A stretch of DNA of 47,739 bases, taken from positions 1 to 47,739 of the forward strand of contig JBASWX010000398.1 of assembly GCA_049276695.1 (NCBI GenBank), read 5' to 3'. The first letter of the stretch is position 1. Each line of letters opens with the position of its first letter. Made by a program: the position numbers and the translations under genes. Of the stretch, positions 8,395 through 16,566 are shown piece by piece. The notes under the pieces were generated by a model that did not search any database, had not been told where the DNA came from, and was given only the letters and a program-made list of their open reading frames with translations. The stretch is from Planctomycetota bacterium. Lineage in GTDB: Bacteria > Planctomycetota > UBA1135 > UBA2386.

Positions 8395-11300
8395 ATGCCA
8401 CTCTCGGCTGCACGCTGGACCCAGTTCAACGCCACCCCGCACCCGTGGGAACAGGACGCGCTCCACTTCCTGCGCGAACAGCTGGCTGACGTCGAACCGA
8501 ACCGAGTCTGGTCGCTGTTTGAGTTCATCTCGGCCGAGGGCACGATCGGCGAAGTCGACGCCCTGGTGCTGACGGCGAAGGGGTTCTTCCTCGTCGAGAT
8601 CAAGAGCCGCCCCGGTCGCATCACGGGCGACGCGGCGTCGTGGACGTGGCACACACCGGAAGGCAAACGGGTCACCGACGACAGCCCCGTCTTCGCCACC
8701 GATCGCAAGTGCAAGCGCCTGATCAGCCTGCTGCGCCGCCAGAAGGCGCTGCGCGACCACGACCCGGGCAAACTGTTCCTCCAGCCGCTGGTGTTCCTGT
8801 CGGCGACCACCCAGCAGGTCGAACTCGACGAACCGCTGCGCCGTCACCTCTGCACGCGCACCGGCTCGCCGGGAACCCAAAGCCTGCGCGACGCGCTGAC
8901 CCGGATCGAACCCACCCATCACCGCCACCGGGTCATCGACGTCCGCCTTGCACGCGACATCGCGCAGGCGCTCGCCCAGGCCGGCATCCGTGAATCGCAG
9001 AGCCACAAGCGCTTCGCGAACAGCCACGAACTGGTCTCGGTGCTGCTCGAGGGTGCCGGCCACCAGGACTGGCTCGCGCGGCACCTGAGCTCCGCGAAGG
9101 TTCAACGGCGCATCCGCATCTACCCGGTCGCCTCGACCGTCGACATCCCGACCCGCCAGATGCTCACACGCGCCGCCCAGCGCGAGTTCTTCGGGCTCCG
9201 GGACATCGACCACCGCGGCATCCTGCGCGCCGTCGACTTCCAGGAAGGGGAACAGGGCCCCGGCGTCATCTTCGACTACGACCCGGACGACGTCCGGCTC
9301 GACCTGTTCCTCCGCGACGAGGGCGACAAGCTCAACCTGAGCGACCGGCTGTCGATCCTGCGGCAGATCGCCGAAGCGACGCAACACGCGCACGAGCGAC
9401 GCCTGGTGCACCGCGCACTGACCCCGCACAGCGTGCTGATCCGGAAGCTGCCGAACGCCGGCTACGCGACCCGCCTCTACAACTGGCAGACTTCGGCGCG
9501 GGAATCGACCTCAGCGACGGCGCTCGGCACGAGCAGCGGCACGGTCACCAGGCACATCGACAACCTCGTCGACCAGGGCGCGATCCCCTACTTGGCGCCC
9601 GAGACGCACACCGATCCAACGGTGCGGGCCGAGCACCTCGACGTGTTCGGCCTCGGCACGATCGCCTGGCACCTGTTCACGGGTCGCGCGCCAGCCGACA
9701 GTCGCTCGGACCTGCTCGAACGGCTACGCCGCGACGACGGACTCCTGCTCTCTTCGGCGGTCGACAACGTGCATGCCGCGCTGGTCGAGCTGGTCCGCCA
9801 GAGCACGCGCCCACGCGTGCCCGATCGCTTGCAGACCGTCCGCGACTTCCTGCATCAGCTCGACGAAGTCGAGAACGAGCTGACGCGGCCGGCCGACCTG
9901 GTCTACGAGAACCCAACTGCAGCCAGGGTCGGCCAGCGCTTCGAAGAGGGTGGCTGGGTGATCAAGAACCGCCTGGGTCAGGGCAGCACGTCGGTTGCGT
10001 TCCTCGTCGAGCGCTCGAAGGGCGGCACCACGCAGCAGCGCGTGCTCAAGGTCGCACTCGATCCCGAGAAGAACGGCACCCTGCAGGCCGAGTACGAAGT
10101 CCTGAAGTCGCTGCATCAGGAATCCATCATCGAGTGCGACGACATGCTCGACTGCGCGGGCCACACCGGCCTCCTGCTCGCGCGTGCCGGTGAGGAATCC
10201 GTCGCAACCCGACTGCGCAAGGGCCGCCTCGAGATCGAGATGCTGCAGCGGTTCGGCGAGGACCTGCTGTCCGCGCTCCGTTACCTCGAAGAGAACGCAG
10301 TCTTCCATCGCGACATCAAGCCCGACAACCTCGGGATCGCCGCCCGCGGCCGCGGCGACTACCAGCACCTGGTCCTGTTCGACTTCTCGCTCTCGCGAGC
10401 CCCGCTGTCGCAGATCCAGGTCGGCACGCGCGCCTACCTCGACCCGATGCTGGGCCAGAAGGGCCGCCGCCAGTACGACCCGGCAGCCGAACGCTACGCG
10501 GCCGCTGTCACGCTGTTCGAGATGGCGACGGCCCGGCTACCGAAGTGGGGCGACGGGCTCACCGCGCCCGAACTCAGCGACCGCGAAGTCGATCTGTCCG
10601 ATGAAGGGCTGTTCGACAGCTCGGCGCGCGAAGCGCTCACCGAGTTCTTCACCAAGGCGCTGCGGCGCGACGCCGCGCAGCGCTTCGACAACGCCGAGGA
10701 GATGCGGCGCGCCTGGCGCCGGACCTTCGAGTCGCTCTCGGCTCCAGCGAAGAAGACCGAGCCCGAGAAGGTCACGCCGCACTCCTCGGTGCAGTTGCTG
10801 GGACTCTCGACGCGGGCACTGACGACCCTCGAACGGGCTGGAATCGACACCGTCCGCCAACTGCTGACTGCACTGCCCGGCCGCATCACCAAGGCGCGAG
10901 GTGTCGGCGCCAAGACGGGCGAGGAGCTGCTGCGAGCCATCAGCTCGCTGCGCGCACAGTTCCCCGACATCCAGCCGGGGAGCGAGTTGCCGGCGGTGAA
11001 GCCGCGCACCGACGAAGACGACGAACCCGGCAACGACTCGCTGCCAGCCCCCTCCTTGGACCAGCTCGCGGGGTCGCTGCTGCCGGCACCGCGCAGCAAG
11101 GCCAAGGCAGACCAGCTGCCGGCGCAGGTCCTTGTGTCGCTGCTCTCGCCGCCTGCCGGGGAGCAGGACCCGCTGCCGTGGCCGACGCAAACCGAGGTGG
11201 CGAAGGTCCACGGCTGCACGACGGTGCTGGTCAATCAGACTCTCGCCAAGGCACGGGCGCGGTGGCGCAAGAACGGCGCGCTGTCCGCGATCCGCGACGC

Positions 11301-12639
11301 GCTGCTGCCGCATCTCGTCACTCAAGTTGGGATCGCCAGCATCGCGGAAGCCGTGGATCAGATCGCGCAGGCGTACGGTGACGGCGTGCCGGATTCCGAA
11401 CGCACGCGCTACGCCCGCATCGTGCTGCGCGCCGCGATCGAGGCCGAGCAGGATCTCGACGAGCCCCGCTTCGAAGCCAGCCGGCGGCAGGACCGGATCT
11501 GGCTCGTCGCCAACCAGGACGGCGACGGGCAGCCGATCGACGCCGACGCCCTGCTGCGCTACGCCCAGGATCTCGGCCGGCGCGCGCGCGAACTCGCCTA
11601 CGCGGAACCGCTGCCGGCACCGGCGCGCGTGCTCGAGCGGTTGCAGCAGACCAACGTCCCGGACGCAGTTCCGCCGTTGTCATCCGAGCGGCTGGTACGT
11701 CTCGCTGCCGTCGCGGGCGACGTTGCAGTGTCGGGCAAGCTCGAGGTCTACCCACGTGGCATGCCGGCCGCGCGGGCCCTGAAGCTCGCCCACGGCGCCT
11801 TGCTCGGTGCGGCGGCACTGACCCCGATTCAGATCCGCGACCGGATCGCCAGCCGCTACCCGGCCGCCGAAGCCCTCCCGGCGGCGGCCAGCGAACTGCG
11901 GCCGCTGCTGCAGGCCGTGGTGCCGGACCTGCAGTGGGACGGAGAGCACGGCACGTTCCGCTTCCGCAGCGCGACGAAGCCGCAGCTGACCGGCGAGCGC
12001 ACGCTGCCAGCACGGGTGTCGACCGGCACGTTGCCGCCGGCCGAGTCGCCGGAGGTGGTCGAGGCGCGCGAGTTTGACCAGAAGCTGGTGAAGGCGCGCG
12101 AGAAGTTCCTGGTGCTGACCGTCCTGCGCGAGCACCACGAGACCGTGCTGCACCGGCTGCAGGACCGGTTCGGCGAGCAGGTGCGGGTGGTGTCATGCGA
12201 GCGGGTGTTCCTGGAGGAGTTGCGGCGGGTCGCGACGAAGTACGAGGTTGCGTGGTCAGAGGTTCTGGCCGCAGACGCCGACCCCGTTGGCTCGCCGAAG
12301 AACCGTGACCTGCGCGAGTTCGTGCGCGAAGTGGCGAGCAGGCTCGGGGACGTGATCGGCAGCGACACGCCGGCAGCGACGGTCCTGGTGACGCGGCTCG
12401 GCGTGCTGGCGCGCTACGGGTTGCTGGCGCAGGTCGTCCAGCGGCTGCGCGAACGGGTAACCGCGAAGCCAGGCACGGACGGGGCCCTCGGCGGCGCGTG
12501 GCTGCTGGTGGCGGCGATGGATGCGCAGGCGCTGCCGGTGGTCGATGGCGTGCCGGTTCCGGTGCCTGGCAGCCGGAGTGACTTCACGGCGGTGCCGCCG
12601 TCGTGGGTACACCTGGGCCAGCGGGAGCGCGCATCGTGA
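8395..12639 (+). CDS. pglW: BREX type 2 protein kinase PglW (NERD-like nuclease N-terminus, tandem kinase-like domains, HhH, large C-terminal region)
   Basis: The NERD/PD-(D/E)xK-like segment is GEVDALVLTAKGFFLVEIK. The first kinase-like domain has HRALTPHSVLI...PYLAPE. The second has VLKVAL, HRDIKPDNLGI, LFDFSLS and YLDP. The HhH is LLGLSTRALTTLERAGIDTVRQLL. The size (1414 aa) and the context with pglX/Y/Z also fit. Confidence 0.85.
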   Translation: MPLSAARWTQFNATPHPWEQDALHFLREQLADVEPNRVWSLFEFISAEGTIGEVDALVLTAKGFFLVEIKSRPGRITGDAASWTWHTPEGKRVTDDSPVFATDRKCKRLISLLRRQKALRDHDPGKLFLQPLVFLSATTQQVELDEPLRRHLCTRTGSPGTQSLRDALTRIEPTHHRHRVIDVRLARDIAQALAQAGIRESQSHKRFANSHELVSVLLEGAGHQDWLARHLSSAKVQRRIRIYPVASTVDIPTRQMLTRAAQREFFGLRDIDHRGILRAVDFQEGEQGPGVIFDYDPDDVRLDLFLRDEGDKLNLSDRLSILRQIAEATQHAHERRLVHRALTPHSVLIRKLPNAGYATRLYNWQTSARESTSATALGTSSGTVTRHIDNLVDQGAIPYLAPETHTDPTVRAEHLDVFGLGTIAWHLFTGRAPADSRSDLLERLRRDDGLLLSSAVDNVHAALVELVRQSTRPRVPDRLQTVRDFLHQLDEVENELTRPADLVYENPTAARVGQRFEEGGWVIKNRLGQGSTSVAFLVERSKGGTTQQRVLKVALDPEKNGTLQAEYEVLKSLHQESIIECDDMLDCAGHTGLLLARAGEESVATRLRKGRLEIEMLQRFGEDLLSALRYLEENAVFHRDIKPDNLGIAARGRGDYQHLVLFDFSLSRAPLSQIQVGTRAYLDPMLGQKGRRQYDPAAERYAAAVTLFEMATARLPKWGDGLTAPELSDREVDLSDEGLFDSSAREALTEFFTKALRRDAAQRFDNAEEMRRAWRRTFESLSAPAKKTEPEKVTPHSSVQLLGLSTRALTTLERAGIDTVRQLLTALPGRITKARGVGAKTGEELLRAISSLRAQFPDIQPGSELPAVKPRTDEDDEPGNDSLPAPSLDQLAGSLLPAPRSKAKADQLPAQVLVSLLSPPAGEQDPLPWPTQTEVAKVHGCTTVLVNQTLAKARARWRKNGALSAIRDALLPHLVTQVGIASIAEAVDQIAQAYGDGVPDSERTRYARIVLRAAIEAEQDLDEPRFEASRRQDRIWLVANQDGDGQPIDADALLRYAQDLGRRARELAYAEPLPAPARVLERLQQTNVPDAVPPLSSERLVRLAAVAGDVAVSGKLEVYPRGMPAARALKLAHGALLGAAALTPIQIRDRIASRYPAAEALPAAASELRPLLQAVVPDLQWDGEHGTFRFRSATKPQLTGERTLPARVSTGTLPPAESPEVVEAREFDQKLVKAREKFLVLTVLREHHETVLHRLQDRFGEQVRVVSCERVFLEELRRVATKYEVAWSEVLAADADPVGSPKNRDLREFVREVASRLGDVIGSDTPAATVLVTRLGVLARYGLLAQVVQRLRERVTAKPGTDGALGGAWLLVAAMDAQALPVVDGVPVPVPGSRSDFTAVPPSWVHLGQRERAS

Positions 12640-12725
12640 TCGCTCCCGGACACTTCGGACAGCCGCTGCCTGTGTAGAACGGAACGGGCCATCGGTTCGC
12701 GCTCTGGTCTCTACGACCCGCGCGC

Positions 12726-13619
12726 ATGAACAAGCCAACCCAGGTCTTCCCCCGCTGCCCCATCACGACCGTCAACTACCACTGCTGGAAGCCGTGCAAC
12801 ATGCGCTGCCGGCACTGCTTCGCCCGCTTCAACGACGCCGGGCACGACAACCTGCCCCGCGAACAGATGCTGGCCGTCGTTCGCGAACTCGCGCTCGGCT
12901 TCGAGCGCATCACGTTCGTCGGCGGTGAGCCGACCCTGTGCCCCTGGCTGCCCGAGGCGCTCCAACTCGCGCACAGTCTCGGGCTCGCGACGAGCATGGT
13001 GACGAACGGCACCAAGATGCTGCGCGATCCGGCGCTGCGCGACGCCATCCTGGCGGGCATGGACTGGATCGGCCTCTCGGTCGACAGCGGCTGTGCCGAC
13101 ACCAACCGCGCGATCGGCCGCACGTATGGACGGTCGGTGATCTCGCCCGACGAACTGGCCACCCTTGCGGACTTCATCCACCGCGCCGGCGTTCAGCTGA
13201 AGGTCAACACCGTCGTGCAGCGCCACAACCTGGACGAGGATCTTGCCCCTCTGGTGCGGCGCCTGCGACCGGGTCGCTGGAAGCTGCTGCAGGTGCTCCC
13301 CGTCCGCGGACAGAACGACGCCGACTACATCGACCTGGCGATCACGCGCGACGAGTTCCAGCGATTCGTGGACTGCCACCGTCCGGTCGGCTCCTCCGGC
13401 ATCACGATCGTGCCCGAGGATCACGAACTCATGACTGGCAGCTACGCGATGGTCGACCCGGGCGGCTACGCCTACGACAACGTCGCCGGGCAGCATCGCT
13501 ACAGTTCCGCGCCCGTCCATCAGATCGGCTGGCGCACCGCGTTCACCGAGGTGCAACTGCTCGCCGAGCGATTCGTCGCCCGGGGCGGCAACTACGCGAG
13601 CCGGGGAGCCGAGCAATGA
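12726..13619 (+). CDS. Prokaryotic viperin (pVip), radical SAM enzyme
   Basis: The protein is collinear with my recollection of animal viperin (RSAD2). Matching blocks are VNYHCWKPCNMRCRHCF (CxxxCxxC), ERITFVGGEPTL, MVTNGTKM, DWIGLSVDS, LKVNTVVQRHNLDEDL..LRPGRWKLLQVLPVRGQN, IVPEDHELMTGSYAMVDP and ERFVARGGNY. Confidence 0.9.
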   Translation: MNKPTQVFPRCPITTVNYHCWKPCNMRCRHCFARFNDAGHDNLPREQMLAVVRELALGFERITFVGGEPTLCPWLPEALQLAHSLGLATSMVTNGTKMLRDPALRDAILAGMDWIGLSVDSGCADTNRAIGRTYGRSVISPDELATLADFIHRAGVQLKVNTVVQRHNLDEDLAPLVRRLRPGRWKLLQVLPVRGQNDADYIDLAITRDEFQRFVDCHRPVGSSGITIVPEDHELMTGSYAMVDPGGYAYDNVAGQHRYSSAPVHQIGWRTAFTEVQLLAERFVARGGNYASRGAEQ

Positions 13620-15475
13620 GCGCCACCTCGACGCCGACCTTCTTCCAGCTGCTCGACCTCGTGATCCAGGCGTTCCACCTCGACTTCGACGTCGACGAGC
13701 AAGGCCAGCCGATCGAGGTGCCAAGACTGAGCGGGGGCGGACCGTTCCAGCATCACTTCACGGGCCGCCGGTTCGACATCCAGGACCAGGGTCTGCAGAC
13801 GCTGCTGCGGACGTTCGGCGAGGCTCTGCTGCGCTCCGACATCATCCCGGTCATCCGCAAGTCGCTGCGGTGGGACGAACCCGGCAGCCGAGGGCCACTG
13901 GTGCAGCAGTACCTCGCCGATGCCGCGTCGGTGCCGGCTTGCAGCGGCGACCTCGGCGACGCCATCGTCGGGCGCCTCAGCTGGCTCGCGCAGGAGCACG
14001 AAGCCCTGCTCGGGGAAGCCCGTTCGCGAATCGCAGGTGCGGAGGTCGATCCGGCGTTCGGCCTCATGCCGCTGATGCGATTCGGCTGGCACCACCTGAC
14101 GGTCGCCCTGTCACTGCTGCCGTGGTCCGGTTCCATCGACGAACGCACTCTGGAACCAGACTCGGTCGAGATGACGTGGTGCATGGAGGTGCCGCCGACC
14201 ACGCCGATGAGCCGTGCCCGGGCAGCGGCCGGCAAGAGCCTCGACGAACTGACTCTCGACCTGGTCGGCGCCGACGGCAACCGCAACTGGAACGAGAAGA
14301 CCGTCGCGAACCTCGAGCACGGCGGTCCGGCGCACCCGACCTTCCAGGCCATCCACGCCGCTGCCTCGGTGCTGCATCCGCACGACCAGCTCGCCCTACC
14401 GCGGTGGCGTCGTTGGTACGGCTTGCGCCATCTCGCGCGCCAGTTCGCCAAGACCTGGTGTTGGGAGTGGCTGGGCGGGTGCCTGACCACCACGCTCACG
14501 CACGCGCACGCACAGTCCCAGGCCATGCGCGAATCGGATCTCGCGCAGGAGCAGCGGAGGACAGTGACCTCGATCGGCCTCTTCGCCGGCTGGCGGCTGG
14601 GGTTCGCTCGCTGGGCATTCGGCGAAGTGGCCCGCGCACCCGAGAACGACATCCATCCTGTGATTCGAGCCGACTACGCCGCAATCAGCCGGTCCGAGGA
14701 ATCGTCCCGCTTGACGACTTGCCTCCAGTTGGCCACCGGAGCGCGGTCCCTCGAGGCGACCTTGTTGGATCACGGCCGCAGCGCGTCGGCCGCCCGCCGG
14801 GAAGCGAGCCAGCTGATCTGGAACTTCCAGGGCAACCAGAGCCAGTTTCGGCATCTCCATCCGCTGGCGGAGTTGTTCCACTCCAGGAACGAGCGCAATT
14901 GGCCAGCCATGGAAGCGGCGGCGGGCAAGCTCGTCGAGCAGCGCCCGGACCTGTCCGACAACCACCGGGTGCTGGCCGAGGCTTTGGCCGATCAGAACCA
15001 CTTCGAAGACGCGCTTTCCGTCACCAGAGACGCGCTGACCCGGTTCCCGGCGGACGGAGGCTTGGCGATGACCGAGATCGCCGTGCTGATGATGCGTGGT
15101 GACCACCACACCGACCGCCACGACTTCGAGGTCGCTCGCGACAAGCTGCTGGCGATGCAGCTCACGGATGACGACTGGGTCCAGCACCTCCACCTCGCTG
15201 ACTGCCATCTGGCTCTCGGCGCCTGGGCAGCGGCTCGGGATGCGTGTAGGCGGGTGATCGCGACGAACGGCCAGTGCGGCGAAGCCCACGCGATCCTCTC
15301 CTTCTGCCGGTCGAAGCTCGGCGACGATCCGCGGAACACGGCTGCGAAGGCAGCGCGCCGTGGAGAGCAGGGCTTCGTCGACCTGCTGCACGAACTCGAC
15401 CGCCGCGGCGAACTCGGTACTGCGGCGCACCCGCCGGTCGCGCGCTGGCACCGACTCTGGCGATTCCGTCGCTGA
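13616..15475 (+). CDS. Uncharacterised 619-aa protein with an HTH-like segment and C-terminal TPR-like repeats; translationally coupled to the viperin
   Basis: The ATG at 13616 overlaps the viperin stop (ATGA). A possible XRE-like HTH is GKSLDELTLDLVGADGNRNWNEKTVANLEHGG. The C-terminal helical repeats are HRVLAEALADQNHFEDALSVTRDALTRFP..., HLADCHLALGAWAAARDACRRVIATNG and CGEAHAILSFC. The part of the track ORF upstream of 13616 is an out-of-frame overlap with the viperin. Confidence 0.75.
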   Translation: MSATSTPTFFQLLDLVIQAFHLDFDVDEQGQPIEVPRLSGGGPFQHHFTGRRFDIQDQGLQTLLRTFGEALLRSDIIPVIRKSLRWDEPGSRGPLVQQYLADAASVPACSGDLGDAIVGRLSWLAQEHEALLGEARSRIAGAEVDPAFGLMPLMRFGWHHLTVALSLLPWSGSIDERTLEPDSVEMTWCMEVPPTTPMSRARAAAGKSLDELTLDLVGADGNRNWNEKTVANLEHGGPAHPTFQAIHAAASVLHPHDQLALPRWRRWYGLRHLARQFAKTWCWEWLGGCLTTTLTHAHAQSQAMRESDLAQEQRRTVTSIGLFAGWRLGFARWAFGEVARAPENDIHPVIRADYAAISRSEESSRLTTCLQLATGARSLEATLLDHGRSASAARREASQLIWNFQGNQSQFRHLHPLAELFHSRNERNWPAMEAAAGKLVEQRPDLSDNHRVLAEALADQNHFEDALSVTRDALTRFPADGGLAMTEIAVLMMRGDHHTDRHDFEVARDKLLAMQLTDDDWVQHLHLADCHLALGAWAAARDACRRVIATNGQCGEAHAILSFCRSKLGDDPRNTAAKAARRGEQGFVDLLHELDRRGELGTAAHPPVARWHRLWRFRR

Positions 15476-15687
15476 ACCTACCCACGCCGACCAACGCGCT
15501 TCGACGTACGCGCCTTCGCAGGGCCTCAGCGCGTACGCCCACTGGTGGTCTGCGCCGGTGCGCGGTCAGCCCTGGTCTCGGCGCGGCAAGCGAGCCTTGC
15601 CCCTTGTGGAGTTCCGCACCCACGCTTCGTACTCTCCCGCGCCCCGGGGACTCCTCGACCGGACGAGGCTCCCCCACCTCTCCGACC

Positions 15688-16563
15688 ATGCCCAGTCTCG
15701 CCTACGTGAAGCACACCCGCATCAACCTGCGCGACACGGAGTACACCGAGAAGTGGCTGCAGGATCGGATCGCCGAGGATCCCTCCATCCTCGGCATCCC
15801 GGGCGATCTCGAACTGCTCGACCGCGAGCGCCGCCAGGAACGCGCCGGCCGCCTCGACCTGGTGCTCTACGACCGGGAGGCGGAACGGCGCTACGAGCTC
15901 GAACTGATGCTGGGCAGCCTCGACGAGAGCCACATCATCCGCACGATCGAGTACTGGGACCTGGAGCGCCGCCGCTACCCGGGCTACGAGCACATCGCGG
16001 TGATCGTCGCGGAAGACGTGACCGGTCGGTTCCTGAGCGTGCTCAGTCTGCTCGCCGGCACGATCCCGCTGATCGTGCTGCAGTGCCACGCGCTGCAGAT
16101 CGACGGCAGGCTGCTGCTGAACTTCGTGAAGGTGATGGACCAGACGTCACTGCGTCGCGACGACGAACACGAAGCCCGGGCCGAACCCGCGACGCGCGAG
16201 TACTGGATCGAACGCGTCGGCGGCGAGATCCTCACCGTCTGCGATCGCGCGGTCGAAGTCATGAACGGCAAGGCCAAGGGCAAGATGAGCCTGAACTACC
16301 TTCGCCAGTACATCAACATCAACGACGGGACCCGCAGTGGCGCGTTCGTCCACTTCGTACCGAAGAAGAAGTTCGTGCACTTCAAGATCGAGGTCCAGGA
16401 CGCTGCGTCGTGGATCGAGCGCATCGAGAAGACGGGTCTCGATGTCCGCCCCGGCCGCAACGGAGCGGCGGTGCGGGTGACCGTGATGCCGAAGGACTTC
16501 GACCGGTGCCTGCCGACGCTCACCGAGCTGCTGCAGACTGCGGTCACCGAGTACGAAGCTTGA
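15688..16563 (+). CDS. Restriction-endonuclease-fold (NucS/PD-(D/E)xK-like) protein with a C-terminal alpha/beta domain
   Basis: WLQDRIAEDPSILGIPGDLELLDRERRQERAGRLDLVLYDREAERRYELELMLGSLDESHIIRTIEYWD resembles the core of NucS-type nuclease-fold proteins, although the ExK lysine is not evident. GC3 is high. The stop lies 3 nt before the pglX start. Confidence 0.7.
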   Translation: MPSLAYVKHTRINLRDTEYTEKWLQDRIAEDPSILGIPGDLELLDRERRQERAGRLDLVLYDREAERRYELELMLGSLDESHIIRTIEYWDLERRRYPGYEHIAVIVAEDVTGRFLSVLSLLAGTIPLIVLQCHALQIDGRLLLNFVKVMDQTSLRRDDEHEARAEPATREYWIERVGGEILTVCDRAVEVMNGKAKGKMSLNYLRQYININDGTRSGAFVHFVPKKKFVHFKIEVQDAASWIERIEKTGLDVRPGRNGAAVRVTVMPKDFDRCLPTLTELLQTAVTEYEA

Positions 16564-16566
16564 GCG

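Noticed and set aside
12938-13615. N-terminal extensions of track ORFs: 12938-13615 before the HTH/TPR gene, 24955-25287 before pglY, 30368-31567 before brxD, 7589-7957 before the integrase and 15274-15687 before the nuclease-like gene
   Set aside because: These extensions overlap upstream genes out of frame or run through intergenic DNA, and they translate to Arg-rich low-complexity sequence. Internal ATG/GTG starts with stop/start overlaps or an RBS are more plausible.
15586-15602. Short hairpin GGCAAG-cgagc-CTTGCC in the gap before the nuclease-like gene, as a possible terminator
   Set aside because: The stem is only 6 bp and there is no U-tract, so the evidence for an intrinsic terminator is insufficient.
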